Assembly: GCA_026415235.1 (NCBI GenBank)
Contig: JAOAHM010000097.1
Coordinates: 5,878 to 69,877 of the forward strand
Direction of reading: 5' to 3'
Length of the DNA stretch: 64,000 nt
Source: Ignavibacteria bacterium
Lineage (GTDB): Bacteria > Bacteroidota > Ignavibacteria > Ch128b
This document shows positions 39,607-50,886 of this stretch, one piece after another. The stretch's first letter is position 1, and each line of letters starts with the position of its first letter. A program made the translations under genes and the position numbers. Under the pieces are notes generated by a model that was given only the letters and a program-made list of their open reading frames with translations, was not told where the DNA came from and ran no database searches.

Positions 39607-40182
39607 ATGCATGAATTCATGCCTCATCAAACACCTAACAAAACTGGATGGATTGAAGTTATTGCTGGTTGTATGTTCAGTGGAAAAACAGAAGAATTAA
39701 TCCGACGACTTCGCCGAGCTCAAATCGCAAAACAAAAAGTAATTGTCTTCAAACCTAAGATTGATAATCGTTACGCTGAAAGGGAAATTGTATCTCACAG
39801 CGAATTGTCAATGCCATCTGAAGTTATCGAAGATGCATCGGAAATCTTAGAATTAGCAAAGGATGCACAAGTAATTGGAATTGATGAAGCTCAATTCTTC
39901 AAGATGAATATTATAGATGTTGTAAACAAATTAGCTGATGATGGTAAACGAGTAATTATTGCTGGATTAGATCAAGATTATCGAGGTCAACCATTCGAAC
40001 CAATGCCTCAGCTTTTAGCAATTGCAGAATACATCACTAAAACTTTAGCAATTTGTGTTGTCTGTGGAAATCCGGCTGATAGAACACAAAGAAAAACTCC
40101 AGCAAAAGACAGAGTAATAGTTGGTGCTTCAGACATCTATGAAGCCCGTTGTAGAAAATGTCACACAATTTACGGAGAATAG
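39607..40182 (+). CDS. tdk: Thymidine kinase
   Basis: [25 protein letters not shown] zinc site. Confidence 0.96.
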   Translation: MHEFMPHQTPNKTGWIEVIAGCMFSGKTEELIRRLRRAQIAKQKVIVFKPKIDNRYAEREIVSHSELSMPSEVIEDASEILELAKDAQVIGIDEAQFFKMNIIDVVNKLADDGKRVIIAGLDQDYRGQPFEPMPQLLAIAEYITKTLAICVVCGNPADRTQRKTPAKDRVIVGASDIYEARCRKCHTIYGE

Positions 40183-40183
40183 A

Positions 40184-41536
40184 ATGAACCTTTTAAACAT
40201 CCTCAACGGTATTTTTGGAATGGCTATATTAATACTAATTGCTTTTTTAATGTCAAATAACAAAAAGAAGATTAATTGGAAATTAGTTTTATCTGGTTTA
40301 GCAATTCAGTTTACATTTGCAATATTTATTTTGAGAGGTGATGATTTAGGAAAATTATTTGGTCCACTTCTCTGGCCTAAATTATTTTTTAATTGGTTAG
40401 CTAATTTCTTCGTGATAATTTTACAATTCACAACGGAAGGTGCAAAATTTGTTTTTGGTAAACTTGCTCTTGGTCCAGGAAATTCAGAAAGTTTAGGCGT
40501 CTTTTTTGCTTTTCAAGTTTTACCTACAATAATCTTTTTCTCAAGTTTGATGTCATTACTCTACTATCTTGGAGTAATGCAAAGAATTGTTCAAGCTTTT
40601 GCTTGGGTAATGGCAAAATTGATGGGAACAAGTGGAGCCGAATCGCTTTCGAATAGTGCAAACATTTTTGTTGGTCAAACCGAAGCACCACTTATGATTA
40701 GACCTTTTATTAAGGATTTAACGAATTCTGAGTTACTAACAATTATGGTTGGTGGAATGGCAACCATAGCTGGTGGTGTCATGGCAGCTTATATTCAAAT
40801 GTTGGGTTCGGCTTATGCTCAAGCACATAATTTAACTATAGATGCTGCTCAATTAAAATTTGCGACACATTTACTCGGAGCAAGCGTGATGGCTGCACCC
40901 GCTTCGCTCGCAATTTCGAAAATTATCTTTCCTGAAACTGGTGATCCAGTCACCAAAGGAACTGTTAAAGTGAAAATTGAAAAAAATGCTTCCAATGCAA
41001 TTGAAGCAGCAGCTGGTGGAGCATCAGATGGTCTTAAGTTAGCTCTCAATGTTGGAGCTATGCTCATTGCTTTCATTGCTTTGATTGCATTGATTAACTA
41101 CATCTTACAATGGTTTGGTGGAATTACTGGATTGAATGCAATTACAATGGAGCATTTCAAACAACCACTTAATTTACAATTAATTTTTGGTTTAATACTT
41201 CAATTCTTAGCAGTTGCTATTGGTATTCCATGGCAGGATGCAATCAACTTTGGAAGTTTAATCGGGACAAAAATAGTTTTAAATGAATTCGTCGCTTATT
41301 TAGACATGTCAAGCTTAATTCAGCAAGGAAAATTTGTAACCGAAAAGTCAATTACCATGGCAACATTCGCTCTTTGTGGTTTTGCAAATTTCTCATCCAT
41401 TGCGATTCAGATTGGCGGAATTTCTCCACTTGCACCTGAACGCAGAAAAGATTTAGCTGCTCTTGGATTGAGAGCAGTTGCAGGTGGTACTCTCGCTAAC
41501 CTATTAACAGCAACAATTGCAGGATTTATTTTGTGA
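40184..41536 (+). CDS. nupC: Concentrative nucleoside transporter (NupC/CNT family)
   Basis: FVGQTEAP, GGMATIAG, NEFVAY, LCGFAN; start set to ATG 40184. Confidence 0.93.
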   Translation: MNLLNILNGIFGMAILILIAFLMSNNKKKINWKLVLSGLAIQFTFAIFILRGDDLGKLFGPLLWPKLFFNWLANFFVIILQFTTEGAKFVFGKLALGPGNSESLGVFFAFQVLPTIIFFSSLMSLLYYLGVMQRIVQAFAWVMAKLMGTSGAESLSNSANIFVGQTEAPLMIRPFIKDLTNSELLTIMVGGMATIAGGVMAAYIQMLGSAYAQAHNLTIDAAQLKFATHLLGASVMAAPASLAISKIIFPETGDPVTKGTVKVKIEKNASNAIEAAAGGASDGLKLALNVGAMLIAFIALIALINYILQWFGGITGLNAITMEHFKQPLNLQLIFGLILQFLAVAIGIPWQDAINFGSLIGTKIVLNEFVAYLDMSSLIQQGKFVTEKSITMATFALCGFANFSSIAIQIGGISPLAPERRKDLAALGLRAVAGGTLANLLTATIAGFIL

Positions 41537-42354
41537 TGAAGCAAATTAATTATCAAAAAATTTTTGAACCAATTAAGAAAAAATTTGGTGATGTGAAGAT
41601 TAAAACTTCAATAATCTTAGGTTCAGGACTAGGTGATTTTGCTGATGAATTAAATCTTGTAACTTCAATAGATACAAATCAAATCGAAGGTTATCCTCAT
41701 TCAACGATTCCAGGGCATTCTGGGAAAATTTTTCTTTGTGAATTCAGTAATAACTATCATATTGTTTTTAAGGGAAGAATTCATCTTTATGAAGGATACT
41801 CAACTGAACAAGTAATCTTGCCTGCAGTTATTTCACATCTTTTTAATACAAAATATTTAATTGTTACAAATGCAGCTGGAGGAATTTCAGATAATCTTAA
41901 ACCAGCCGACTTGATGTTAATTGATGATATTTTCTTTCTTCATTACAAATCAAAATTTAAATCTCTTTCAAAATATCCGACACACAAATTTGCACTTAGT
42001 AAAAGACTCAATGATTATGTTTTTGAAATAAGCAAGAAGATTGAAATAGAACTTAAGCGAGGTGTTTACGCCTATTCTGCAGGACCGAGTTATGAAACAC
42101 CTGCGGAAATTCAATTTTTAAGAAGAGCAGGTTGCGATGCTGTAGGTATGTCTACAATTCCTGAAATTCTTTATTCTTCTAATAACGACATTCCTGTTGT
42201 TGCAATATCTTGCATAACAAACTTTGCTGCAGGAATTACTGAGAACAAGTTAAGTCATGAAGAAGTAACTGAGACGGCGAATATAGTTAAAGATAAGTTT
42301 TCGAAACTACTTAAGAATGTTATCAAGGAATTGCCAAAGAATTGGAATTCTTAG
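41533..42354 (+). CDS. punA: Purine nucleoside phosphorylase (trimeric PNP/MTAP family)
   Basis: ILGSGLG, GRIHLYEG, GPSYETPAE, VGMSTIPE, TNFAAG. Confidence 0.93.
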   Translation: MMKQINYQKIFEPIKKKFGDVKIKTSIILGSGLGDFADELNLVTSIDTNQIEGYPHSTIPGHSGKIFLCEFSNNYHIVFKGRIHLYEGYSTEQVILPAVISHLFNTKYLIVTNAAGGISDNLKPADLMLIDDIFFLHYKSKFKSLSKYPTHKFALSKRLNDYVFEISKKIEIELKRGVYAYSAGPSYETPAEIQFLRRAGCDAVGMSTIPEILYSSNNDIPVVAISCITNFAAGITENKLSHEEVTETANIVKDKFSKLLKNVIKELPKNWNS

Positions 42355-42361
42355 AATAACT

Positions 42362-43078
42362 TTATTCATCAAGAAAATTTTTTAATTGAGCGAGCAGACA
42401 AATTAAGGCTGTCTCGCTCCTCAATCTGTTTTTACTTAGGTTAACAGGACAAGCATTTTTAGATTTCAATAAAACTAATTCTTCCTCCGAAAAATCACCT
42501 TCAGGACCAACGAGTAAAAAGATTTTTTCGAAAGACTTCAGATTAAATTTATTTACTACTACACTTAACCGTTCACCTTCAATGTTTCCGAAAAGAATTA
42601 AATCATTTCTAAAGTTTATATTTAGTGCATCTTCAAGTGATAATGGTTCATGTAATTTTGGTAAGAATGGATTGATGGATTGTTTAATGGCAGAGATTAA
42701 GATTTTTTGTGCTCGTTCTAACTTTAATTTTTTTTTCAAAGTCCTTTTACTATAAAACGGTATGATTTCCGAAATTCCAAGTTCAGTTAATTTTTCAATC
42801 CCAAATTCAAATCGTTCTGGATTCCTTAATAATGGAAATAAAGCGATAATCTCTCTCTTTGCTTTTTCAAATTTTTGAATAGCAAGAACAGAAACTTCAC
42901 AGTAATCTTTTGTAACTTTTATTAGTTCAACTTCTGAAATTAATCCACAACCATTCGTCAAAAATATTCGATCACCTGCTTTATATCTTTTAACTTTAAC
43001 TATGTGATGAACTTCTTCGCCCGAAATTGAGATTATTTTTGATGATTCGTTTAAAGACTGAACAAAATACAAATCCAT
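42362..43078 (-). CDS. rsmE: 16S rRNA m3U1498 methyltransferase RsmE
   Basis: HHIVKVKR, EKLTELG, VGPEGDFS, RLRSETA. Confidence 0.92.
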   Translation of the reverse strand: MDLYFVQSLNESSKIISISGEEVHHIVKVKRYKAGDRIFLTNGCGLISEVELIKVTKDYCEVSVLAIQKFEKAKREIIALFPLLRNPERFEFGIEKLTELGISEIIPFYSKRTLKKKLKLERAQKILISAIKQSINPFLPKLHEPLSLEDALNINFRNDLILFGNIEGERLSVVVNKFNLKSFEKIFLLVGPEGDFSEEELVLLKSKNACPVNLSKNRLRSETALICLLAQLKNFLDE

Positions 43079-43079
43079 T

Positions 43080-44429
43080 TCAAAATGGGAAGTTTATATC
43101 AAAAATAAATTGAGGTTGAAATTTACTATTCCATGCAACTTCTAAATTAACAGCACGATATGGTAGAATTAAAAAGGACATACCAAATCCAAAACCATTC
43201 AACGCTTTAGTATTCTTAAATTTTTGATTTTTATTAGCAATTAATCCGTTATCAAAAAAAGCGTGAAAGTCTATACTAATATTATAAGTCAATAGTTCTT
43301 TTGGGATTAGTGGTAAATCAAATTCAAAAAAAGATTTTTCAACTAAGGGTAAACGGATTTCAATTGTATTTAATGTCAAAGAATTACCTTCATAAACAGA
43401 ATTAAAGTATCCTCGTAGCCTTTCACGATATCCTATGAAACTATTTGCATAGTATGGAAATTGTGGACCAAATAATAGTCTTGAAAAATTTCTAACATAA
43501 AGAATTGGAAATCCAAGGAAAAATATTTTTTTAGTTTCTGCTACAAAGATGTTATAATCTATTTCTGATTCAGTTAATCCAACTTTTCTATAAGTTAAAT
43601 TCAAATTTGAACCAGTTCGTGGATAAGCTGAAAAATCTCTTGTATCGTAGTTATAATTCAATTGAACAGTGATTGCTTTATCCTTACCTGAGCTTGATAT
43701 GGTTCTTAAAGGAAAGTAATCATCAATCTGAACATATTCAAAACCAATTGAAGTGGATATAGAATTGTAGATGTTTAATCTCTTACCAAGACCTAATTCT
43801 AAATTGAAATATTTTTCATCATAATTTTTATTATTTACTTTGATTGCTTCAATACTTCTATTTTTTCTTTTCTGGATTGAAGTTGAAAAATAGATTGATA
43901 AATTTTTTTCGTAATTAAAATTTGGATTGTAATATCTTAAGTAAAATTTTGGGTCATATCCCAAACTAAAACCAGTATTCAAGCGCTCATTTCTACCATC
44001 AATATTCTGAATGCTTAGGTTAATTCCATAAGTAAGTTTCTTAAAATCTCTATCAGTAATATCAACAAATGGTAGGGGCCAGATATACCAAGCTTCTTGA
44101 ACAAGAATTACTAAAATATTCTTTTTATTTTCTTCAACAACAAAAATCTCTACATCACTAAAAAGACCTAAACTAAAAATTCTTTTTTCGAAATAAGTAA
44201 TATCTTGTTTAGTTATTGGTTTAGATGAATTTATATCAAGTTCTTTAAGTATTGTCTCTGGTTTCGTTTTTTTTGTACCAAGTATTTTAATCTCGTCAAT
44301 GTAATACTTTACATCTGCAGAATTTAATTCATCAACTTTTTGTGAAATTGAATTTGCTTGAGTTGAGTCATTTCTGTTAGTAGCATATATCAAAGACGAG
44401 AAAAATAAAAACACTAAAACCAACTTCAT
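43080..44429 (-). CDS. Omp85/TamA-family outer-membrane protein with a single POTRA domain
   Basis: Signal peptide, one POTRA (IKILGTKKTK...LGLFSDV..V.E), YDTRD, RLRGY lid motif, C-terminal Phe; start ATG 44429 or TTG 44447. Confidence 0.8.
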   Translation of the reverse strand: MKLVLVFLFFSSLIYATNRNDSTQANSISQKVDELNSADVKYYIDEIKILGTKKTKPETILKELDINSSKPITKQDITYFEKRIFSLGLFSDVEIFVVEENKKNILVILVQEAWYIWPLPFVDITDRDFKKLTYGINLSIQNIDGRNERLNTGFSLGYDPKFYLRYYNPNFNYEKNLSIYFSTSIQKRKNRSIEAIKVNNKNYDEKYFNLELGLGKRLNIYNSISTSIGFEYVQIDDYFPLRTISSSGKDKAITVQLNYNYDTRDFSAYPRTGSNLNLTYRKVGLTESEIDYNIFVAETKKIFFLGFPILYVRNFSRLLFGPQFPYYANSFIGYRERLRGYFNSVYEGNSLTLNTIEIRLPLVEKSFFEFDLPLIPKELLTYNISIDFHAFFDNGLIANKNQKFKNTKALNGFGFGMSFLILPYRAVNLEVAWNSKFQPQFIFDINFPF

Positions 44430-44434
44430 AGAGT

Positions 44435-44830
44435 TTATCCGAAACACATTCTATATTCTATCGCTATACAACGATCCATAATAACTTTGAGACCTGCATC
44501 GAGTGCTAATTTTTCGGCATCATAATTCACTACACCGAGTTGCATCCAAACCACTTTAGCTTTGATTTCGATTGCCTCTTTAACAATTTCAGTAACGAAT
44601 TCCGATCTTCTAAAAATATCAACAATATCAATTTGATCTGGAATATCTTTTAATGACTTATAAACTTGAATTCCATCAAATGATTTAATGGTTGGATTTA
44701 CGCCATAAACGATGTAACCTTTGCTTTTCAAGAAACGGGCAATCAAACCAGAATCTCTTCCAGGTTTATCTGAAATACCAACAACAGCAATTGTCTTTGA
44801 GTTTTTTAAGATTTCGCAAATATTATTCAT
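44435..44830 (-). CDS. CoA-binding protein (YccU family)
   Basis: IAVVGISDKPGR, IPDQIDIVDIFR, VWMQLG, MDRC. Confidence 0.9.
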   Translation of the reverse strand: MNNICEILKNSKTIAVVGISDKPGRDSGLIARFLKSKGYIVYGVNPTIKSFDGIQVYKSLKDIPDQIDIVDIFRRSEFVTEIVKEAIEIKAKVVWMQLGVVNYDAEKLALDAGLKVIMDRCIAIEYRMCFG

Positions 44831-47721
44831 TAGTTTTGTGTCTCCATATAAAGTTCAATTGGGTCACAAGTGCAAACTAAATTCCTATCACCATAAGCAT
44901 TATTCACACGTGCAACGAAGGGCCAGAATTTATTGATTTTTGTAAAGTTAGTAGGGAATACAGCTCGTTCTCTTGAATATTTATGATTCCATTCATCACT
45001 TACAATGTCTTTTAAAGTGTGAGGTGCATTTCGCAACAAATTATCTTCTCTATCAGCTTCGCCAATCTCAATCTCTTTTATTTCTTCTCTAATTTGAATC
45101 ATAGCATCGCAAAATCTGTCAAGTTCTTTTTTGCTTTCGCTTTCCGTTGGTTCTACCATCAAAGTACCTGGTACTGGGAATGAAACTGTAGGTGCATGAA
45201 AACCATAATCCATCAATCTTTTTGCAATATCTTCAACTTCAATGTTCGCTGTTTGTTTAAATTCTCTAACATCAAAAATTAATTCATGGCCGACTCTATT
45301 TCTTTTACCAGTGTAAAGAACTTTGTAATGAGCTTCTAATTTTGCTTTGATATAATTTGCATTAAGAATAGCGACTTTAGATGCATGAGTTAAGCCTTCA
45401 GGTCCCATCATTTTAATGTAAGCATGAGAAATGGTGAGAATACTTGCACTTCCGAATGGTGCAGAAGCAACAGCAGTTATTCCTTTTGAACCACCTGTTT
45501 TAACGAAGTGATGATTTGGCAAAAACGGAACTAAGTGCTCGGCAACAACAATTGGTCCCATTCCTGGTCCACCACCACCATGAGGTATTGCAAAAGTTTT
45601 GTGAAGATTTAAATGACAAACATCGGCACCAATTAATTTTGGTTTAGTGAGACCAACTTGTGCATTCAAATTAGCACCATCCATGTAAACTTGTCCGCCG
45701 TAGTAATGAATTATTTCACAAATTTCTTGGATTTCTTCTTCGAACACACCATGAGTTGATGGATAAGTAACCATCAAAGAAGATAATCTATCTTTGTATA
45801 ACTCTGCTTTTTGCTTTAAGTCGTTAATATCAATATTACCTGATTCATCACATTTAACCACAACAACTTGATTACCAGCCATCACAGCACTTGCAGGATT
45901 TGTTCCATGAGCTGATGCAGGAATCAAAACAACATTTCTATGTGCTTCACCACGAGAATGATGATAAGCTCTGATAACCATTAAACCTGTAAACTCACCT
46001 TGGGCACCAGAATTTGGTTGAAATGAGATTCCACTAAATCCAGTTATTTCGAGTAAATCTTTTCCAAGTTCATCAATTAATTGATAATAACCCTCTGCTT
46101 GTTCAGCTGGAACAAAAGGATGAATATTTGCAAACTCATCCATTGACAAAGCAAGCATTTCAGTCGCTGCATTTAATTTCATAGTGCAACTGCCAAGTGG
46201 AATCATACCATAAGCTAAAGATAAATCTCTCTGTTCAAGCATTTTAATGTATCGCATCATTTCGGTTTCGGTATGATAAGAATTGAAAACTTTTTGAGGT
46301 AAAATTTCATCAGTTCTGATTAAATGTTCAGGTAAATTTGGACTTAGATTTTCAATTTCTGAGAGTGGTGTGAAATCTACTCCCTTTGCTTCGGAAAATA
46401 TTTCAATAATATCATTTAAGTCTGAAAGAGTGACAGTTTCGTCCAGAGAAATTCCAATACAACATTTTGTAAAATAGTTGAAATTAATTTTTTTCTGGTC
46501 AGCTAATGATTTTATTTTTTGCACTAATTCAGGTGATGAACTTAAATCAATTCTGATTGTATCGAAGAAATAATTATTTGTCTGTTTGTATCCAAGTTCA
46601 ATAAGTTTTTTATTAAGGTAATTTGTATAAAGATGGATTCGATTTGCAATTCGCTTTAGCCCATCAGGACCATGATAAACAGCATACATACTTGCCATAA
46701 TTGCCAGTAGTACTTGTGCCGTACAAATGTTACTTGTTGCTTTTTCACGCTTAATGTGTTGTTCTCGTGTTTGTAGAGCCATTCGATATGCAGGGTCACC
46801 ATGTCTATCAATAGAAAGTCCTATTATTCGTCCAGGAACAAATCTTTTGTATTCGTCTTTTGTTGCAAAATAAGCTGCATGAGGACCACCATAACCCATA
46901 GGTACACCAAATCTTTGTGTAGAACCAACAATAACATCAGCTCCAAATTCCGCAGGTGATTTAAGGAGGACTAAGGACATAATGTCTGCAGCAACAACTA
47001 TCAAAACATTTTTCTCTTTTGCTTTTGCAAAAAGTGATGAATAATCTCTTATTTCGCCATCACCATCGGGATATTGAACCAACATTCCAAATACTTGATC
47101 ATTAATTTCATCTTCAATATTGTCAGATACTTTGACAATGATTCCATGTGGTGTTGCTCGAGTGATTACAACATCAATTGTTTGTGGAAAAACTTTTGAG
47201 TCAATTAAAAATATATTCGCATCTGGTTTGGTTGAATGTGAAATTGCATACAACATTGACATAGCTTCACCACAAGCAGTACCTTCATCAAGGAGTGAGG
47301 CATTTGAAATTGGAAGTTTTGTCAAATCTGAAATCATCGTCTGAAAATTCATTAAAGCTTCGAGCCTGCCTTGAGAAATTTCTGCTTGATAAGGTGTGTA
47401 TTGTGTATACCATCCTGGATTTTCAAGGATATTGCGTTTTATAACTGACGGTACAACTGTTCCGTAATAACCCAAGCCAATATATGAACGATAAACTTTA
47501 TTCTTCGCAGCAATTTTTTTTATGTGTTGAATATACTCAAACTCAGTTAATGGTTCGGCCAAATTTAGTTTTCCTCTGAAACGAATATTTTCAGGAATTG
47601 TCTCGTCAACAAGTTGTTCAAGACTATCTACACCAATTTCTTTAAGCATTTCGTTTATTTCATTTTGATTAGGACCGATGTGACGAGATGAGAATTGTTC
47701 ATATAAATTTTTTGTATCCAT
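44830..47721 (-). CDS. gcvP: Glycine dehydrogenase (decarboxylating), single-chain P protein
   Basis: [42 protein letters not shown] (PLP Lys); start ATG 47721 (GAAAGG SD) or 47739. Confidence 0.97.
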   Translation of the reverse strand: MDTKNLYEQFSSRHIGPNQNEINEMLKEIGVDSLEQLVDETIPENIRFRGKLNLAEPLTEFEYIQHIKKIAAKNKVYRSYIGLGYYGTVVPSVIKRNILENPGWYTQYTPYQAEISQGRLEALMNFQTMISDLTKLPISNASLLDEGTACGEAMSMLYAISHSTKPDANIFLIDSKVFPQTIDVVITRATPHGIIVKVSDNIEDEINDQVFGMLVQYPDGDGEIRDYSSLFAKAKEKNVLIVVAADIMSLVLLKSPAEFGADVIVGSTQRFGVPMGYGGPHAAYFATKDEYKRFVPGRIIGLSIDRHGDPAYRMALQTREQHIKREKATSNICTAQVLLAIMASMYAVYHGPDGLKRIANRIHLYTNYLNKKLIELGYKQTNNYFFDTIRIDLSSSPELVQKIKSLADQKKINFNYFTKCCIGISLDETVTLSDLNDIIEIFSEAKGVDFTPLSEIENLSPNLPEHLIRTDEILPQKVFNSYHTETEMMRYIKMLEQRDLSLAYGMIPLGSCTMKLNAATEMLALSMDEFANIHPFVPAEQAEGYYQLIDELGKDLLEITGFSGISFQPNSGAQGEFTGLMVIRAYHHSRGEAHRNVVLIPASAHGTNPASAVMAGNQVVVVKCDESGNIDINDLKQKAELYKDRLSSLMVTYPSTHGVFEEEIQEICEIIHYYGGQVYMDGANLNAQVGLTKPKLIGADVCHLNLHKTFAIPHGGGGPGMGPIVVAEHLVPFLPNHHFVKTGGSKGITAVASAPFGSASILTISHAYIKMMGPEGLTHASKVAILNANYIKAKLEAHYKVLYTGKRNRVGHELIFDVREFKQTANIEVEDIAKRLMDYGFHAPTVSFPVPGTLMVEPTESESKKELDRFCDAMIQIREEIKEIEIGEADREDNLLRNAPHTLKDIVSDEWNHKYSRERAVFPTNFTKINKFWPFVARVNNAYGDRNLVCTCDPIELYMETQN

Positions 47722-47758
47722 ACTTTGCCTTTCAACCATTTTTTGACAAAATTTTTTT

Positions 47759-47766
47759 CAAATATA
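47759..47766 (-). promoter_or_regulatory. Putative -7 promoter element TATATTTG upstream of gcvP
   Basis: TAnnTTTG match in the rnc-gcvP gap. Confidence 0.5.
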
Positions 47767-47806
47767 AGAAAGGATTGTAAGAAAAATTTTTACCATTCTG
47801 ATGTGA

Positions 47807-48574
47807 TTATTGAGGATTTTTCAATTTCTCAATCGCTTGTTTAGCAGCAATTTGTTCTGCTGATTTCTTGGTTTGTCCAGAACCTATCCCGAGTGGAATG
47901 CCATCAATTGAGACTTGAACAGTGAAAATTTTTGCGTGTTGCGGACCTTCTTCTTTTACTACTTCATATCTTGGAGTTGCAAGCTTCTTTGCTTGAACGA
48001 ATTCAAGTAATTGACTTTTGTAATTCTGATCTTTTAACTTCATTAATTTAAGATTAGGAAGAATAATGTATTTCATTATGAATTTTTTTGCTCTTTCTAA
48101 ACCAGCATCTAAATATATTGCACCAATCAAAGCTTCAATTGAATCAGCAAGTATTGATTTTGCACCTGCTTCGATGGCAGAAGCTGCATTATCATTTACA
48201 AAAAGAAGTTTTGACATCTCAATTTTGTTTGCAACGCTTAATAAAATTTCTTTATTAACAAAACGAGAACGGAGAATTGTCATTTGTCCTTCATCTTCTT
48301 CCTTAAACTTAGAAAAAATATATTCCGTCACTACAAGATTTAAAACAGAATCTCCTAAGAATTCTAATCTTTCATTTGATTGCTTTTTTTCTAAAGGTGA
48401 GATATTAACCCCTGAACGATGAGTTAGAGCTTCTAAATATATTGTTGGATTATAAATTTTAGTACCGACTAATTTTTCTACTTTCATTAGTCGGTACTTG
48501 ATTAAATTGTCAGATGATTTTTTTCTTGATTTCTTAAGTTTTCGAAAAAGCTTTAAAATTTTTCTTAGAAACAA
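47807..48574 (-). CDS. rnc: Ribonuclease III
   Basis: NERLEFLGDSVL signature, DSIEALIGAIYLD, C-terminal dsRBD; TTG start. Confidence 0.96.
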   Translation of the reverse strand: MFLRKILKLFRKLKKSRKKSSDNLIKYRLMKVEKLVGTKIYNPTIYLEALTHRSGVNISPLEKKQSNERLEFLGDSVLNLVVTEYIFSKFKEEDEGQMTILRSRFVNKEILLSVANKIEMSKLLFVNDNAASAIEAGAKSILADSIEALIGAIYLDAGLERAKKFIMKYIILPNLKLMKLKDQNYKSQLLEFVQAKKLATPRYEVVKEEGPQHAKIFTVQVSIDGIPLGIGSGQTKKSAEQIAAKQAIEKLKNPQ

Positions 48575-48576
48575 CT

Positions 48577-49821
48577 CTACTGATATTTCTTAAATAGTAA
48601 TGAAACATTATGTCCACCAAATCCGAATGCATTACTAATTGCGTAATTAACCTTTCGCTCAATAGCTTTATTTGGAGCGTAATTTAAATCGCATTCTGGA
48701 TCTGGTTCTTCATAGTTTATCGTAGGTGGAATTATATCATTCATTAATGTTAAAACAGTAACTACAGCTTCCAAAGCGCCTGCTGCACCGAGCAAGTGAC
48801 CAGTCATTGATTTAGTCGATGAAACAACCAGTTTATATGCGTGCTCACCAAAGAGTGTTTTAATTGCTTCAGTTTCATTTTTATCGTTGTACGGAGTTGA
48901 TGTACCGTGAGCGTTAATATAATCAACATCCTCTGGTCTGATTCCAGCATCTTCAATACAAAGTCTCATTGAACGAACTGCACCTTCACCACCAGGAGCT
49001 GGTGCTGTGATATGGTATGCATCGGCAGTTAAACCAATTCCAACTAACTCAGCAAGAATTGGTGCACCTCTCTTAACTGCGAATTCATAATCTTCTAAAA
49101 TCAAAGTAGCTGAACCTTCACCCATCACAAAGCCATCTCGATTTTTATCGAAAGGTCTACTTGCTTTTTCTGGTGCATCGTTGCGTGTTGACATTGCTTT
49201 CATTGCATTAAATCCAGCAATGCCCATTGGACAAATTGATGCTTCACTACCTCCAACCACAACAACATCTGCATCACCTCTTTGTATATGAATCGCACCA
49301 AGTGCAATTGCATGTGCTGAGGTTGCGCATGCAGAGGTAGTAGCGTAGTTTAGTCCTTTGAAGCCATATTTCATTGAAATATGACCAGCTGCAATATCAC
49401 TAATCATCATTGGAACGAAGAAAGGTGAAATTTTTTGTGGACCACCACCTTTGAAATATACTTCTGTTTGATGGTGCCAAGTCCACATTCCACCAATACC
49501 AGAACCGAAAACAACTCCGACACGATTTTTATCAATCGAATCAAGTTTTAATTCTGAATTCTGAACGGCTTCATCGGTACTGACCAAAGCAAATTGAGAA
49601 AACAAATCGAGTCTTTGAACATTTTTTCTATCGAAATATTTTAATGGATCAAAATCTTTAACTTCACAAGCGAACTTTGTATCATAAGTTGATGCATCAA
49701 ACCGAGTTATGTAGGCAGCACCGCTTTTGCCTTCAATAAGATTTTTCCAGAATTCCTTAATATTAAGACCGATTGGGGTCACAGCCCCAATACCGGTCAC
49801 GACTACTCTTCGTCGTTGCAT
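48577..49821 (-). CDS. fabF: 3-oxoacyl-ACP synthase II
   Basis: SACATS, NAHGTST, GHLLGAAG (Cys-His-His), FGFGGHN. Confidence 0.97.
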   Translation of the reverse strand: MQRRRVVVTGIGAVTPIGLNIKEFWKNLIEGKSGAAYITRFDASTYDTKFACEVKDFDPLKYFDRKNVQRLDLFSQFALVSTDEAVQNSELKLDSIDKNRVGVVFGSGIGGMWTWHHQTEVYFKGGGPQKISPFFVPMMISDIAAGHISMKYGFKGLNYATTSACATSAHAIALGAIHIQRGDADVVVVGGSEASICPMGIAGFNAMKAMSTRNDAPEKASRPFDKNRDGFVMGEGSATLILEDYEFAVKRGAPILAELVGIGLTADAYHITAPAPGGEGAVRSMRLCIEDAGIRPEDVDYINAHGTSTPYNDKNETEAIKTLFGEHAYKLVVSSTKSMTGHLLGAAGALEAVVTVLTLMNDIIPPTINYEEPDPECDLNYAPNKAIERKVNYAISNAFGFGGHNVSLLFKKYQ

Positions 49822-49842
49822 AGCTTTAACAAATTTTTGTTT

Positions 49843-50079
49843 TTATGATTTCAATTTTTCTTCGAGGTATTTATAAACATCACCGACGGTCTGAATTTTT
49901 TCTGAATCTTCGTCGGGAATTGAAATGTTGAAAGCCTGCTCGAAAGCCATTACTAACTCGACTATATCGAGTGAATCAGCACCTAAATCATTAATGAATG
50001 ATGCTTCAGGGGTAATTTGTGATTCTTCTACCCCAAGCTTATCCATAATGATTTCTTTTACTTTTGCTTGTATATCCAT
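49843..50079 (-). CDS. acpP: Acyl carrier protein
   Basis: [11 protein letters not shown] phosphopantetheine site; SD AAGGAG. Confidence 0.97.
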   Translation of the reverse strand: MDIQAKVKEIIMDKLGVEESQITPEASFINDLGADSLDIVELVMAFEQAFNISIPDEDSEKIQTVGDVYKYLEEKLKS

Positions 50080-50096
50080 TTTTATCTCCTTTTTTG

Positions 50097-50108
50097 TTTG
50101 TGAATATA
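50097..50108 (-). promoter_or_regulatory. Putative promoter element TATATTCACAAA upstream of acpP
   Basis: Identical to the 12-mer upstream of cdd. Confidence 0.35.
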
Positions 50109-50142
50109 ATAATTTATTAATTAAAAATACTTACTGAATAAT

Positions 50143-50886
50143 TTACATTACCATTCCACCATCAACACAGAAAACCTGACCTGTTATGTAATTTGCATCA
50201 TCTGATGCGAGAAATGCAACTAATTTCGCTACATCTTCAGGTTTTCCAATGCGTTTAAGTGGAATTAAATTTAAAATTGCCTGCTTTTGTACATCATTTA
50301 ATTTTGAAGTCATATCAGTTTCTATATATCCAGGTGCAACTGCGTTAACATTAATATTTCTACTAGCAAATTCACGAGCTAAAGTTTTAGTTAAACCAAT
50401 CACTCCAGCTTTTGCAGCAACATAATTAGCTTGACCAACATTTCCCATAATTCCAACAACTGAGCTAATGTTGATTATCTTACCTTCACGTTGATTCATC
50501 ATTGGCTTTACAGCAGCTTTAGAATAATTAAAAACACTTTTGAGATTTGTATTTATCACTTCATCCCAATCTTGCTCTGTCATTCTCAAGATTAAATTAT
50601 CTTTAGTAATTCCTGCATTATTCACGAGAATATGTAACGCACCAAATTCATTCAATGCAAAATCTACAGTTTTTTGAGCATCAGTAAAACTACTTGCATC
50701 AGCCTGAAAAATTCTACCTTCTCCGCCAAAATTTTTTATCTCTTCAAGAACACTTTGTGCTTTATCTGGACTTGAATGATAAGTCAAAATTACTTGCGCA
50801 CCTTCTTTTGCCAGTTCTTTTGAAATTGCAGCTCCAATTCCTCTCGAGCCACCTGTTACAATTGCAACTTTATTTTGTAACTTCAA
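50143..50886 (-). CDS. fabG: 3-oxoacyl-ACP reductase
   Basis: TGGSRGIG, NNAGITKD, YVAAK; start set to TTG 50886 with GGAGGT SD 7 nt upstream. Confidence 0.96.
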   Translation of the reverse strand: MKLQNKVAIVTGGSRGIGAAISKELAKEGAQVILTYHSSPDKAQSVLEEIKNFGGEGRIFQADASSFTDAQKTVDFALNEFGALHILVNNAGITKDNLILRMTEQDWDEVINTNLKSVFNYSKAAVKPMMNQREGKIINISSVVGIMGNVGQANYVAAKAGVIGLTKTLAREFASRNINVNAVAPGYIETDMTSKLNDVQKQAILNLIPLKRIGKPEDVAKLVAFLASDDANYITGQVFCVDGGMVM

